From an uncultured Acidimicrobiia bacterium (GTDB lineage Bacteria > Actinomycetota > Acidimicrobiia > Spongiisociales > UBA5794), in contig CAWGCJ010000023.1 of NCBI GenBank assembly GCA_963821095.1, positions 42,967 through 106,966 of the forward strand: DNA of 64,000 bases. The letters are read 5' to 3'. The notes under the pieces are model-generated. The model worked only from the letters and a program-made list of their open reading frames with translations. It searched no databases and was not told the origin of the DNA. This document shows, in pieces, positions 7,432 through 17,842 of the stretch; within the stretch, counting starts at the first letter, position 1, and each line of letters begins with the position of its first letter. The translations under genes and the position numbers were made by a program.

Positions 7432-8231
7432 CGGGGCGAGCCAAGACGCTGCCGGACGGCTTCGTAGAGCATCACCGCAGCGGCGACCGAGGCGTTGAGA
7501 CTGTCGGAGCTGCCTGCCATTGGGATCGCCACGGTGGTGCCGGGGGAGCGAAACGCCGCGGTGAGTCCCGTGTCCTCAGAGCCGACGACGACGGCGGTGG
7601 GGACCGCCAGGTCGGCGTCCCACAGACTGCGGTGGGCGTCGGGTGAGGCGGCGACCATCTGCAGGCCGTGGTGCACCAACCAGTCGAGTGTTGCCGAGGT
7701 CGATGCCGTTGCGATCGGGACGACGAAGACCGCTCCCTGTGAGGCCCGGATCACGTTGGGATTCCATAGGTCGGCTCCGTCAGGGGCAACGACGACGGCT
7801 TCGACTCCGGCACCGTCTGCGGTGCGCAACATGGCTCCGACGTTTCCCGGTTTCTCGACCGCTTCGATCACCAGGACCAACGGGTTCGGACTAAGGGCAA
7901 GTGCCGCGAGCGGCCGCGGTGGGATGGGCGCGGCGCCGAGCAATCCGTCGGGATGGCGTCGCATCGAGATCCGGGCAAAGGCGTCGGCACCCATCTCGAC
8001 CAAGTCGACACCTGATGCCGCCAGGGTGGCGGCGATGGCACGGTCGTCATCGTTGGCGAGGTCGGGAGCGATGACCACCTGATCGATCGCAATGTCTGCG
8101 GCTGCGGCTCTTCCCAATTCGCGGCCACCCTCGATGAGGAAGCGGTTGGCCGCAGTCCGACCCCGCCGCTCCTTGAGGCGTGCCAGTGACTTGACTAGCG
8201 GGTTGGCCGTGCTGGTGATCTGATCCGGCAC
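7428..8231 (-). CDS. TrmH/SpoU family RNA methyltransferase
   Basis: ITSTANPLVK, EKPGNVGAMLRTA, VGSEDTGL, IPMAGSSDSLNASVAAA. Confidence 0.92.
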   Translation of the reverse strand: MPDQITSTANPLVKSLARLKERRGRTAANRFLIEGGRELGRAAAADIAIDQVVIAPDLANDDDRAIAATLAASGVDLVEMGADAFARISMRRHPDGLLGAAPIPPRPLAALALSPNPLVLVIEAVEKPGNVGAMLRTADGAGVEAVVVAPDGADLWNPNVIRASQGAVFVVPIATASTSATLDWLVHHGLQMVAASPDAHRSLWDADLAVPTAVVVGSEDTGLTAAFRSPGTTVAIPMAGSSDSLNASVAAAVMLYEAVRQRLGSPR

Positions 8232-8233
8232 CG

Positions 8234-10561
8234 CTACCAGCCGCCTCCGCCGCCGCCCGAGAAGCCGCCACCGCCGCCGAAGCCACCAAAGCCACCGCCG
8301 CCGCCCCAGGAGCCACCTCCCCACGAAGAGCTGCCTCCGCCGCCGCCGGAGAAGCCGCCACCGCCGCCCCAACCGCCAAATCCGCCGGCGCCGGACCACC
8401 ATGAGCCGCGGTCCTGTGACCACGACTGGTCGCGGTAGATCGGCTCCCACCCGTAGCTGCCGTGGTGGCCCTTGGTGATGACCCAGTGGTAGAACAGCAA
8501 CGTGAAGGGGTCGAAGTTGTACAGGCCGCGGGGGATGGGTTGGCCGGTCCACGTGTCGGTTTGGTCCCGGGTGCCCTCGTGGGCGAGTTCCGGCGCAAAG
8601 CGGTCGGCGTCGTCGATGGTGCTGCGCGCCAGAGCCTGGCGCTGAGCGGCGTATGAGAGGGCGAACACCCGCGGGCCACGCGGGTCGGAGGCGCCGAAGG
8701 CAGCCGCCACGTCGGCGTAGCTGCCTTGCAGGCCCATTGCGGAGAGGGCTTCTCTGGCCTCGAGCCAACGGCGAATGGCCTGGGCCGGTTCGAGGGAGAT
8801 TGCGAGGATGCCGGCGACGGTCTTGCTGGAGTCTCCAGCAAGACCGTGCTCGGCGAGCTGATCGCGCAGGATGGCGTAGACCTCGGGCCCGTCGTCACGA
8901 CGACGCAGCAAAGCGGTTGTGATGGCGATGGGGAGTCCAAGCCGGTCGGCTTCGCGACGGACCCGTTCGATCTCGCCCGGTTCCTGGAGGCCGGCGAGGG
9001 CGTACTCGACCGACTCGTCGGGCTCGGAGCCCCGGCCGCGATTGTGGCGATAGGCGTCGAGGAACTCGCCGACGTCGGCTTCGTCGTTGTTCATCAGCAG
9101 CAGGGCCGCCACGGCGGGGATGTCGAGACCATCGCGAGCCAGGACGTCTCCCGTCGACGTCAACTCCTGACGGACTCGTTCGTAGTCCTCGTATGAGGTG
9201 TCCACGCTGGTCTCGAGGTCCGCCAGCGCCGCAGCGACGGCGGGACGGGTCGTGCTGCTCGGCAGCTTGCCGTAGAGAACTTCGAGGCGGTCGGTCTTGT
9301 CCTTGGCTCTGGCGTACACCGACTCCATTTCGCTGAGCGACGCCGACAGAGAGGCTTCGTGATTGAGTGCGGCGGCTGATTGCATGAAACGTTCGCCTGC
9401 ATCTGACGGCGTCATCCAGCCCAGCGGAGTGGCGACTAGATGCGCTGCGATGGTCTCGGCCGTTCGGCGGCGGGCGGCGGCAACGCGGTGGGGCCGCAGT
9501 GCGGTGATCACCCGGTCGAGTTCGTTGCGCTTGATGTCGAAGACTTCAGGCTGCTTCCAATCGACGGCAAGGGCGTCGTGGGTCGTCTGCTGAAGCGCCC
9601 CTTCGAGGAGTGCCCGTTCGCCCGAAGCCAGCAGTTCGAACGGCTCGGCGGTGTCGAGCAATAGCCGGTCGCGATCGATGACGACGACGAGGCCTTCGGC
9701 CCACACGGCTTCCAGATCAGGCATGTCGCCGGGATCACGACCCTCTGCCACGGCTCGCAACGAGCGGACGGCATCGCCGGTTGTCGACGGCGGGGCTTCG
9801 GCGGCAAACGGCACCTCGAAGTCGGTGAGGAGGGCCAATTCGTGTCCCGCCGGCTCTAGCTTTTCGAGGTCGCTGTCGATGAGGGCTTCGCGGCGCTTGG
9901 TCTCGCGCCGATCGCGCTTGCGGGCGTTCTGACGTATCGCCAGACCACCGCCGATGGCCGCGGCGCCGACCAGGCCGGCGAGTACGAGCCATCCGGAGCC
10001 GCGGTCGTCGTCGGGTTCTGCGGCGATGGGAGCCGACCCCGAGTCGCCGGCATCGCCGTGGAACGCAGCGAGCGCCTGCTCGAGGCTGCCGACAATGGCA
10101 AGGGCGCCACCCTCGAAGTCGCCGGCGCCAAAGAAGCTGTTGCCGGCACCGGCGACCGTCCGTTCGGGGATGGACACGCCGGGGCCGGTCACGACGAAGG
10201 TCTCCTCGGCTTCGAGGTCGACGAGGACCACGATTCCGTCGTCGCGTGCCGCGTCACCAACGCCCCAGGCGTTGCCAAGGTTGGCGGCGAATTCCAGAGG
10301 GTCCTGACCGCGGCTGTCGGTCACGATGACCAGCGCGATGTCGTTGCCGTAGCGGCCCACCAGGCGGTCGATGGCGTCCTCGACACGTTGCGGATCGGCC
10401 GCAACACCCGGCTCGTCGGTGAACCATCCGACGCACACGACACCCTCGTAGACGCCGCACTCGACGGGCCCGGTGGGTTCCTGTGCCGAAGCGAGTCCGG
10501 GCGCGAGCACAAAGGTCGCAAGGATGAAAAGGACGGCTGCGGAGGTGGTGCTGCGTCTCAT
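8234..10561 (-). CDS. TPM-domain membrane protein with long helical region and Gly-rich C-terminus
   Basis: Signal peptide, TPM motif WGVGDAARDDGIVVLVD, one TM helix, terminal GGFSGGGGGGW. Confidence 0.8.
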   Translation of the reverse strand: MRRSTTSAAVLFILATFVLAPGLASAQEPTGPVECGVYEGVVCVGWFTDEPGVAADPQRVEDAIDRLVGRYGNDIALVIVTDSRGQDPLEFAANLGNAWGVGDAARDDGIVVLVDLEAEETFVVTGPGVSIPERTVAGAGNSFFGAGDFEGGALAIVGSLEQALAAFHGDAGDSGSAPIAAEPDDDRGSGWLVLAGLVGAAAIGGGLAIRQNARKRDRRETKRREALIDSDLEKLEPAGHELALLTDFEVPFAAEAPPSTTGDAVRSLRAVAEGRDPGDMPDLEAVWAEGLVVVIDRDRLLLDTAEPFELLASGERALLEGALQQTTHDALAVDWKQPEVFDIKRNELDRVITALRPHRVAAARRRTAETIAAHLVATPLGWMTPSDAGERFMQSAAALNHEASLSASLSEMESVYARAKDKTDRLEVLYGKLPSSTTRPAVAAALADLETSVDTSYEDYERVRQELTSTGDVLARDGLDIPAVAALLLMNNDEADVGEFLDAYRHNRGRGSEPDESVEYALAGLQEPGEIERVRREADRLGLPIAITTALLRRRDDGPEVYAILRDQLAEHGLAGDSSKTVAGILAISLEPAQAIRRWLEAREALSAMGLQGSYADVAAAFGASDPRGPRVFALSYAAQRQALARSTIDDADRFAPELAHEGTRDQTDTWTGQPIPRGLYNFDPFTLLFYHWVITKGHHGSYGWEPIYRDQSWSQDRGSWWSGAGGFGGWGGGGGFSGGGGGSSSWGGGSWGGGGGFGGFGGGGGFSGGGGGGW

Positions 10562-10596
10562 GTTGGAAACGCTAGCCGAGCAGGGGTCGGCTGGGG

Positions 10597-11379
10597 TCAG
10601 CCGCCGGAGCGAGCGGATGTCGACGCCGGCACCGGGTTGAAGTCTGGATCGACTTGGAAGAGGGTGCACAACGCGTCGCGGCTGCCTTCGGCCCACGATT
10701 CCTGTTCGGGAATGAACGTCGTGTAGTCCCACATGAACACTTCGTCGTCGAGGGAGATCCCGGTGTAATCCAGGAACGCCTCGAAACAGGCGTCATCCGC
10801 CTCTTGGAACAAGTCGAAACTGCCTGGCCACGCCCCATCGTTGCCGACCAGAATGACAGAAGCGAACATCTCGTAATCGTGCGAGGTGTTGCAGTCCACC
10901 GTGTCGACCTCGCTGATCGCCTCAGATCCGGGATCATCGAAGCAGTCGCCGGCGGTGAGATCCTCAACCGCCGTGCTGCGGTTGAGATACGAGATACCCA
11001 AGATGGCGAGGAATACGCCACCGACGATCCATCCCCGTTTGGCCCACAGCTGCGATCCCAGGCCGGGTTGAGTGGTGGCGACCGGCCCGTCCTCAGGGTT
11101 GAGGGGCGGAGCGTCGGAGCCCGGGAGAGGAGCCTGTCGGCTGCGTGCGGCGGCCGGCTGGAAATCTGCCGGGATCAGAGGCTCGTCGCCGGTAGGAGCC
11201 GGTGTTTCGGCTGTCGGCCCTTCGGGCTTCGGTGGCTGCTGAGCTGGAGTTTCGGCCGTGGGAGGGGCAGATACCGGCGCCGCGGGGTCGTCCGGAGGCG
11301 AGGGGCGGGCCAACTCGTCCCGCGCTTGGCGAAGGAGCTCCTCGCTCGAGAGCGGCTCTTCATTGCTGCGGTCGGTCAT
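10597..11379 (-). CDS. Septum-formation-family domain membrane protein
   Basis: Pro-rich N-terminus, TM helix, LTAGDCFD...VDCNTSHDYEMF...SWAEGSRDALC. Confidence 0.75.
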   Translation of the reverse strand: MTDRSNEEPLSSEELLRQARDELARPSPPDDPAAPVSAPPTAETPAQQPPKPEGPTAETPAPTGDEPLIPADFQPAAARSRQAPLPGSDAPPLNPEDGPVATTQPGLGSQLWAKRGWIVGGVFLAILGISYLNRSTAVEDLTAGDCFDDPGSEAISEVDTVDCNTSHDYEMFASVILVGNDGAWPGSFDLFQEADDACFEAFLDYTGISLDDEVFMWDYTTFIPEQESWAEGSRDALCTLFQVDPDFNPVPASTSARSGG

Positions 11380-11467
11380 CGTTTCCTCGGGGTTGCTTGG
11401 CCCGGTCTGTCATGCATCGGCGCCGACTAGCGGAGACCTGAGCGTGATGCGTGGGCAGCACCGTACC

Positions 11468-11504
11468 GCAAAACCAGCGGGGCGCCCCGGATGAGGCGCC
11501 CCGC
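11468..11504 (-). terminator. Intrinsic terminator after the ABC substrate-binding gene
   Basis: 10-bp stem GCGGGGCGCC/GGCGCCCCGC followed by TGGTTTT on the minus strand. Confidence 0.65.
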
Positions 11505-11527
11505 CGTAGTCTGCGTTTCTGGTTGGA

Positions 11528-12535
11528 TCAGCCGAGGAATCCGTTCTCCTGCAGCCACACCGTGGCCACATCTTCAGGATCCTCCGCGTCGATTTCGACG
11601 AAGCCGTTGAGCGCAATCAGCGCTTCGGTCGTGATCTTCGCCGAGATGGCGTTCAGCAGATCGGAGACACCCGCTCCGTAGGCGTCGAGCACCTCGTTGC
11701 GGATGACCGGCACGATATTCTCGGCCCGGATCAACCCCATGTCATCCTCGAGCGCCACAAATCCCTCAACGGCAATTACCGGCTGCGTCGAGAAGAGAAG
11801 TGCGACATCGATTTCGCCGCTCTTGAGAGCAGCAATTCGTGCTGCGCCCTCCTGCAGGCTCTCGAAGCCAAGTTGGGTGATGCCGTAGGTGTCGACCAAA
11901 CCGAGGTAGCACGTGTCGCGCTCCTCGCACTCGGGCGGTCCGCCGAGTGTGACCGGGTCGAGACCCTTGAGATCACTCACTGTGGACAAATCGTTGGCGG
12001 CGGCGGCATCGCCGGTGACCACGAAGACGTTCTTGTCTTCGCCCGGCGAGTAGTCGAGCACGGTGACGTCGTAGGCGGCGAAAGCGTCGGCCAGTGCTGC
12101 TGCCACCGAATCGGAGTCCGAGTCCGAGTCGACACCGAAGCCGACGCCGAGGGCGGAGCCCAGGTATTCAGGCAGGAGATCAAGTTCACCGTTCTCGAGG
12201 GAGGGGAAGATCAATTCCCGCGAACCCAGATTGAGCTTCTTGTCGACCGGATATCCGGCATTCTCGAGCGCCTGGGCGTAGATCTCGGCCAGGATGGCGC
12301 TTTCCGGGAAGTTGAACGACGCCACGGTGATCGTGGGGCCATCCGTAGCCTCGGCAGTGGTCGTCGTTTCGTTGGCTGCGGTCGTGGTTGTCTCGGTTGC
12401 TGCGGTTGTGGTGGTCCCGTCGGCTGCGGTGGTAGTCGTGTCCCCACCCGAATCATCGTCGCCACACGCTGCAGCCAGCAGCGCAAAGGCAACGAGAATC
12501 GCCCCGAGAACTCGAATGCGGTGGTTTACCCGCAT
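11528..12535 (-). CDS. Osmoprotectant ABC transporter substrate-binding lipoprotein (OpuAC/OsmX-like)
   Basis: Lipobox LAAAC, Thr-rich linker, SFNFPESAILAEIYAQALE, LGGPPEC. Confidence 0.92.
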   Translation of the reverse strand: MRVNHRIRVLGAILVAFALLAAACGDDDSGGDTTTTAADGTTTTAATETTTTAANETTTTAEATDGPTITVASFNFPESAILAEIYAQALENAGYPVDKKLNLGSRELIFPSLENGELDLLPEYLGSALGVGFGVDSDSDSDSVAAALADAFAAYDVTVLDYSPGEDKNVFVVTGDAAAANDLSTVSDLKGLDPVTLGGPPECEERDTCYLGLVDTYGITQLGFESLQEGAARIAALKSGEIDVALLFSTQPVIAVEGFVALEDDMGLIRAENIVPVIRNEVLDAYGAGVSDLLNAISAKITTEALIALNGFVEIDAEDPEDVATVWLQENGFLG

Positions 12536-12669
12536 GGGTTACTCCTCTGTTCGATAGCAAAAAGGCCGGACTGGCCGGCCGCCCCAGACGGTAACCGACT
12601 GGGAGCACTAGCCCGAACGCTGGCCCCAGTGACGGTATTCCGACGTTTGCCCACCGGCCTGGTCGGCAG

Positions 12670-13392
12670 CTAAGCCGCGGCGCCGGTCGGAGTCGCCTCG
12701 CGAGTGAGGTGCTGGACCCCCCGGGGCAGTACGAGGCGTTCGAGCAGCGTGAAGGCGCCCTCCGCGGCGAGCGTCAGGATTCCGAGCAGTATGGCGCCGG
12801 CAAACACCTCGGCGTGGCCGCCCGGGCCGCGGGCGAACCCGTCGACGATGTAGCGGCCCAACCCACCTCCGCTCGAAATGATGGCTCCGATGGTCACTGT
12901 GGCGATGACCTGGACGAGAGCGATCCGGATCCCGGCCAAGAGAACATTGGCGCCAATCGGCATCTCGACGTCGACGAGTACCTCGCGTTCGGAGAGACCC
13001 ATGCCGCGGGCGGCCTCGGTCATTGCGGGGTCGACGCCGGCGATGGCGGTGTATGCGTTGGTGAAGATGGGCGGAATGGCCAGAGCGACGAGAGCAACCA
13101 CGACTGGCCAGAAGCGGAGGCTGACGCCGCGGCGCACAAAGAACAGGCCGGCAATGATGATGACCCCAAATGATGGAACGGCTCGGCCGATGTTGACGAG
13201 GGCGTTGGCGAAGAATGCTCCTTTGCGCTTGTGGGCGAGATATAGGGCCGGGGGAATGGCAACGACCACGGCGATGACCATGGGGACGATGGTCAGCCAG
13301 ATGTGTTCGAGCACTCGGGCCGGAATCCCGTTGGTGCCGGTCCAATTGGCCGGGTCGGCGAACCACGCAAACGTTTCGGACAAGATCTCCAT
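12670..13392 (-). CDS. Osmoprotectant ABC transporter permease
   Basis: EAARGMG motif, GGLGRYIVDG, several TM helices. Confidence 0.92.
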   Translation of the reverse strand: MEILSETFAWFADPANWTGTNGIPARVLEHIWLTIVPMVIAVVVAIPPALYLAHKRKGAFFANALVNIGRAVPSFGVIIIAGLFFVRRGVSLRFWPVVVALVALAIPPIFTNAYTAIAGVDPAMTEAARGMGLSEREVLVDVEMPIGANVLLAGIRIALVQVIATVTIGAIISSGGGLGRYIVDGFARGPGGHAEVFAGAILLGILTLAAEGAFTLLERLVLPRGVQHLTREATPTGAAA

Positions 13393-14075
13393 CAGGTGCC
13401 TCCCGTCCGGTTGGCCCATGGGGTGAGGGCGTGCTGCACGCCCAGCAGGATCAGGTCGAGTGCTGCAGCCAGCACGACCGAGAGGACGGTGCCGACGATG
13501 ATCTCAGTCGGGAAGATGATGGAGCGTCTGAAGCCGTCGAGGATGAACGCTCCCAGTCCACCAAGGCCGAGCAACGAAGTGACGGTGACCAGGCCGACGA
13601 TCGTGACGGTGGCGATGCGCACCCCGGCCATGATGACGGGCAACGCCAGAGGGAGTTCGATCTTGAAGAACAGCCTGCGACGTTGGTAGCCCATTCCGAT
13701 GGCAGCTTCCTTGATGTCGGCGGGGACCTCTCGGATTCCGGTCACGATGTTGCGCACCAGGATCAGAATGGTGTAGGTGACCAGAGCGATCAGCGCCGTG
13801 GTGTTTGTGAGACCCGTGAACGGGACCAGGAAGGCAAACAGCGCCAGGCTCGGGATGGTGTAAAGCAGGCCGCTGGCTCCGATGATCGTCGGGTAGGTCG
13901 CCGGACGGCGCAACGCGATGACGGCGAGGACCAGGGAGATGATGATCCCGATCCCAACTGCCATGCCGGTGAGGTAGAGGTGCTGGGCGGTGGCGTCCCA
14001 GATGTCGTCGAGGTGGCTCCAGATCCAGTCCCACTCGACCAGCGGCTTGTCGGCCTGCGCGAAGACGGCTGTCAC
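13392..14075 (-). CDS. Osmoprotectant ABC transporter permease
   Basis: YTIPSLAL, EAAIGMG, IELPLALP, GGLGAFILDG. Confidence 0.92.
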   Translation of the reverse strand: MTAVFAQADKPLVEWDWIWSHLDDIWDATAQHLYLTGMAVGIGIIISLVLAVIALRRPATYPTIIGASGLLYTIPSLALFAFLVPFTGLTNTTALIALVTYTILILVRNIVTGIREVPADIKEAAIGMGYQRRRLFFKIELPLALPVIMAGVRIATVTIVGLVTVTSLLGLGGLGAFILDGFRRSIIFPTEIIVGTVLSVVLAAALDLILLGVQHALTPWANRTGGT

Positions 14076-15175
14076 TGGACGATCTCCCGGCTGATTTCCT
14101 CCGCGCTGAGCATTCCGAGGAACCGGTCACCTTCGAAGACGGCCGCTATCTGGGTGCGGCTGCTGACGACGGCATCGAGTGCCTCCTTGAGGGAGTCGCT
14201 GCACTGCAGGGTGGTCTGGAAGGGGAGGAGGTCGACATCGCCCAGGATGGCGACGTTGGTGAGCTCCTCTTCTGGCGCCCAACCCTGGAGGTCTTCGCCG
14301 ACACCAACCGCAATCCAATCGATCCCGTATTCCTCCATCACCCGGTTGGCTTGCGCCGGGGTCGCCGTCGGGGGCAGAACCGGCCCGGGTTCGAGCGCAA
14401 CCGTCGAGATGGGGATCAGCCCGAGACGCTTCAGGCCGCGGTCGGAGCCGAGGAAGTCGGCGACGAACTGGTTGGCGGGGTCACGCAGCACGTCGGCCGG
14501 TGGGGCGTACTGCTCGAGGATCCCGCCGACATTGAGGATGGCGATGCGGTCGCCAAGCTTGATGGCCTCATCGATGTCGTGGGTGACCATCACGATGGTC
14601 TTCTTGAGTTCGGCCTGGAGTTCGAGGAACTGATCTTGCAGCTTGGCGCGGATGATCGGGTCGACGGCGCCGAACGGTTCGTCCATCAGCATCACCGGCG
14701 GGTCGGCGGCCAGGGCGCGGGCTACGCCCACCCGTTGGCGTTGACCCCCGGACAATTCGCCCGGGTAGCGGTCCCGCATGGCGGGGTCGAGATGGACGGT
14801 GTCGATCAACTCGTCGACCCGAGCCGAGATCGTGGCCTTGTCCCAACCCAGCAGGCTGGGCACCGTTGCGATGTTCTGGGCGATCGTGCGATGGGGGAAC
14901 AGCCCAATCTGTTGGATCACGTAGCCGATGCGGCGGCGCAACTCGTGGGCTTCGAGGTCGAGGATGTTGAGGCCCCCGATGACGATGTCGCCCCCGGTCG
15001 GCTCGATCAGTCGGTTGATCATCTTGAGCGTTGTCGTCTTGCCGCAGCCCGACGGGCCGACCAACACCGCGATCTCGCCCTCGGGAACGTCGAGCGTCAG
15101 CGCGTCGACGGCGGGCTCGGTGGTCCCTGGATAGGTTTTGGTCACCGCCTCGAGGCGGATCATCGGTTCGGGCAC
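14072..15175 (-). CDS. Osmoprotectant ABC transporter ATP-binding subunit with CBS-like C-terminus
   Basis: GPSGCGKTT, LSGGQRQRV, MDEPFGAVDP, VTHD. Confidence 0.93.
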   Translation of the reverse strand: MPEPMIRLEAVTKTYPGTTEPAVDALTLDVPEGEIAVLVGPSGCGKTTTLKMINRLIEPTGGDIVIGGLNILDLEAHELRRRIGYVIQQIGLFPHRTIAQNIATVPSLLGWDKATISARVDELIDTVHLDPAMRDRYPGELSGGQRQRVGVARALAADPPVMLMDEPFGAVDPIIRAKLQDQFLELQAELKKTIVMVTHDIDEAIKLGDRIAILNVGGILEQYAPPADVLRDPANQFVADFLGSDRGLKRLGLIPISTVALEPGPVLPPTATPAQANRVMEEYGIDWIAVGVGEDLQGWAPEEELTNVAILGDVDLLPFQTTLQCSDSLKEALDAVVSSRTQIAAVFEGDRFLGMLSAEEISREIVQ

Positions 15176-15261
15176 GTCTGCTCCCGTCGCTTGCCGGCAC
15201 GCCGACTGACACCATAGATGCGGCCGGTGTTCCGACCCGCGACGTCGGGTAGGTTCGTGGC

Positions 15262-16157
15262 ATGCCGACCCGCTTGATTCCGCTGCCAGAGCCGTTTGAT
15301 CTGCGGCGCACCATGATTGCGTTGGGGACCCCCGCCCTCGAGTGGGTGCCGACCACGGCGACTGAGGCATGGCGGGCGACGGTGACACCTGCCGGTCCCG
15401 GCCACCGTGCAGTTGCGACGTCGCCTCCGGTTCGGTTGAGGCGGAAGCATGGGGTCCCGGCACCGATTGGCTGCTGGCCCGCATCCCAGAACTCATCGGC
15501 GTCGATGACGATCTCCCGACGTTTCATCCTCCTCCCGGTGTGGTGCGGGACCTGCACCGGCGTGCCGGCGGGTTGCGCCTCGGCAGTACCGGGCGGGTGT
15601 TCGAGGCCCTCATGCCGACGGTGCTGGCACAGCTGGTGGTCGGGGTCGAGTCGAAGCGATCCTATCGACGCATCGTCGCCGCCTACGGGGAGCCGGCGCC
15701 GGGACCCCGAGATTTGAGGGTGCCGCCGACTCCCGAGGCGATCGCACGGCTCGACTACTCGGAGCTGCACCGGTTACGGGGTCGAGCGGAAACGGGCCTC
15801 GATCCTGATCGAGGTCGCCCGGCGGGCCGGGCGGCTCGAGGAGGCGGTCGATCTACCCCGTGATGAGGCGTATCGGCGGTTACAGGCGGTGCGTGGCGTT
15901 GGCCCGTGGACTGCGGCGTATGCCATGGGGATCGCCTGGGGGGATCACGATGCCGTCCCGGTTGGCGACTACAACCTGCCCAATCTGGTGTCGTGGGCTC
16001 TTGCCGGAGAACCCCGCGGCGACGACGAGCGGATGCTGGAGCTCCTCGAGCCCTATCGGGGCCACCGCCGCCGGGTGCTCTGCTCCTCAAGGATTCGCCC
16101 ATCAAAGAGCCCAGATACGGCCCCAGAGTCGCCCTGCGGGACATCGAATCGAGCTAG
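15262..16157 (+). CDS. AlkA-like HhH-GPD DNA-3-methyladenine glycosylase, split by several frameshifts
   Basis: Consecutive frames give FDLRRT...AWGPG...VFEALMPTVLAQ...RGVGPWTA...DAVPVGDYNLP...YRGHR...PRYGPR. Confidence 0.8.
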
Positions 16158-16203
16158 CGAACGGGTCCCCGGCCAGGGTTGCATGCGAACCCGCCTTGTG
16201 GGG

Positions 16204-16380
16204 GCTGCCCCCTCCGCCTTCGTCGCAGACTCCTCAGGCACCTCCCCCGGCGAGCCGGGGGAGGGCACAAAACCGGCGTCGTTGCCCAGCGATCCGTCCC
16301 CTCTTTCTGCGCCCTCCCTCGCCCGGAGGGTGGGGGAGGTGGGCCGGCGCCGCTCTGAGCGCCGGGTCGGAGGGGGCAGC
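16204..16380. repeat. REP-like palindromic doublet between convergent genes
   Basis: GCTGCCCCCTCCG 16204-16216 pairs with 16368-16380; CACCTCCCCC 16239-16248 pairs with 16332-16341; internal hairpin CTCCCCCGG-CGAG-CCGGGGGAG. Confidence 0.75.
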
Positions 16381-16409
16381 GAACCCCATAGCGCAGGCCC
16401 GAAGGTCCC

Positions 16410-17654
16410 CTAGGTCACGCCTTTGCGTTCGGTCGGGTAGTCGCGGTAGATGCCGCTGCCGACCACGTCCGCCATGGCCTCGACCGCATCCCACACCTCG
16501 CTGAATGTCGTGTAGAGCGGGGCGAGCCCGAGGCGGATCGTGTCGGGGGCTCGGAAGTCGGGGATCACGTTGCGGTCGATCAGCGCCTGTGTGATCGGAT
16601 AGGCGTCGGGATGAAGCAAGGAGACGTGCCCGCCTCGCCGTTCCGGGTCCCGTGGTGAGCCGAGGGCGAACCTGAGGTCTGCCAGTCGAGCGTCGTAGCG
16701 GGCGATGAGGAGTTCGGTGAGTTGGAGACTCTTGGTGCGGATCGCCTCGATGCCGGCTTCGGCGCTGAACGATATGCCTGCCTGACTACCGCGCAGGGAC
16801 AGGATCGGTGGAGTGCCGGCTGCAAAGCGGCGAATGCCGGGGGCGGGGGAGTAGGTGGGGTCGAAGGCGAACATATCGGCATGGCCGAACCAGCCGGGAA
16901 TTGGCGTGACGAGGCGCTCCTGGAGATCGCTGCGGACGTACAGAAACGCCGGGCGCTCCGGGTCCGCCGTTGAGGTACTTGTAGGTGCAGCCGACGGCGA
17001 GGTCGACGTCATGAGCGTTGAGCCCGACAGGGACGACGCCGGCCGAGTGGCTGAGGTCCCACAGCATCAACGCTCCGGCGTCATGGGTGAGGGCGGTGAT
17101 GGCATCCAGGTCGGCAATGGCGCCGGACTTGAACCCAACGTGGGAGAGCGAAACCAGTCCCACCTGCTTGTTCTGCAATGGCTCGATGTTATTGACGTCG
17201 GGTCCTGCGGCCGGATCGACGCGGGCGACGCGAAGCCGGCCCCCGGCGGCGCGGGCCACGGCGTCGAGCACGTAGAGATCCGATGGGAAATTGGAGTCGT
17301 CCGAGACGATGTCGGTTCGTCCGGTCGCAGCGAGCGCAGCCGAAGCCAGCTTGAACAGATTCACCGAGGTCTGATCGCTGATCAACACCTCGCCCGGTGC
17401 CGCGCCGACGATGGGGGCGAGCAGGTCGCCGACCTGTGCCGGAAGTCCGATCCACTCGCGGCGCCAGGAGCGAACGAGGCCGCGACCCCACTCGTCGTGA
17501 AGCGCGCCTCGATACTCTCGACACCATCAACCGTCGGCCGGCCCAGCGAGTTGCCGTCGAGGTAGATCAGACCGGGGTCCGGGATAGCGAAGTGGTCCCG
17601 ATAGCGGGCAAGTGGATCGGCGGAATCAGCGGCGATGGCTTGGTCCCTTGTCAC
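16410..17654 (-). CDS. kynU: Kynureninase (frameshifted in this sequence)
   Basis: [10 protein letters not shown]...YLDGNSLG; [36 protein letters not shown]; [23 protein letters not shown], spread across three or more frames. Confidence 0.9.
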
Positions 17655-17842
17655 GAGAACGAGTGTGCCACACCTGAAGGGTGCCGAATCGGGTTGAGTT
17701 GCGTCTCGCTGCAGCGGGCCGCGCGCCGCCAACAACAATTGATCCCCCCACGCAGGGGCTTTGGCGTGTAGGGTCGGCATGGCGCCACCCGAGTGCCATT
17801 GGGCGGTGCAAGTCATGTTGGCCATCGGGAGGGGAAGCCCCA

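Noticed and set aside
8234-8400. GCC/CCG-rich repeat tract resembling an array
   Set aside because: It is the Gly-rich C-terminus of the TPM protein, with no spacer structure.
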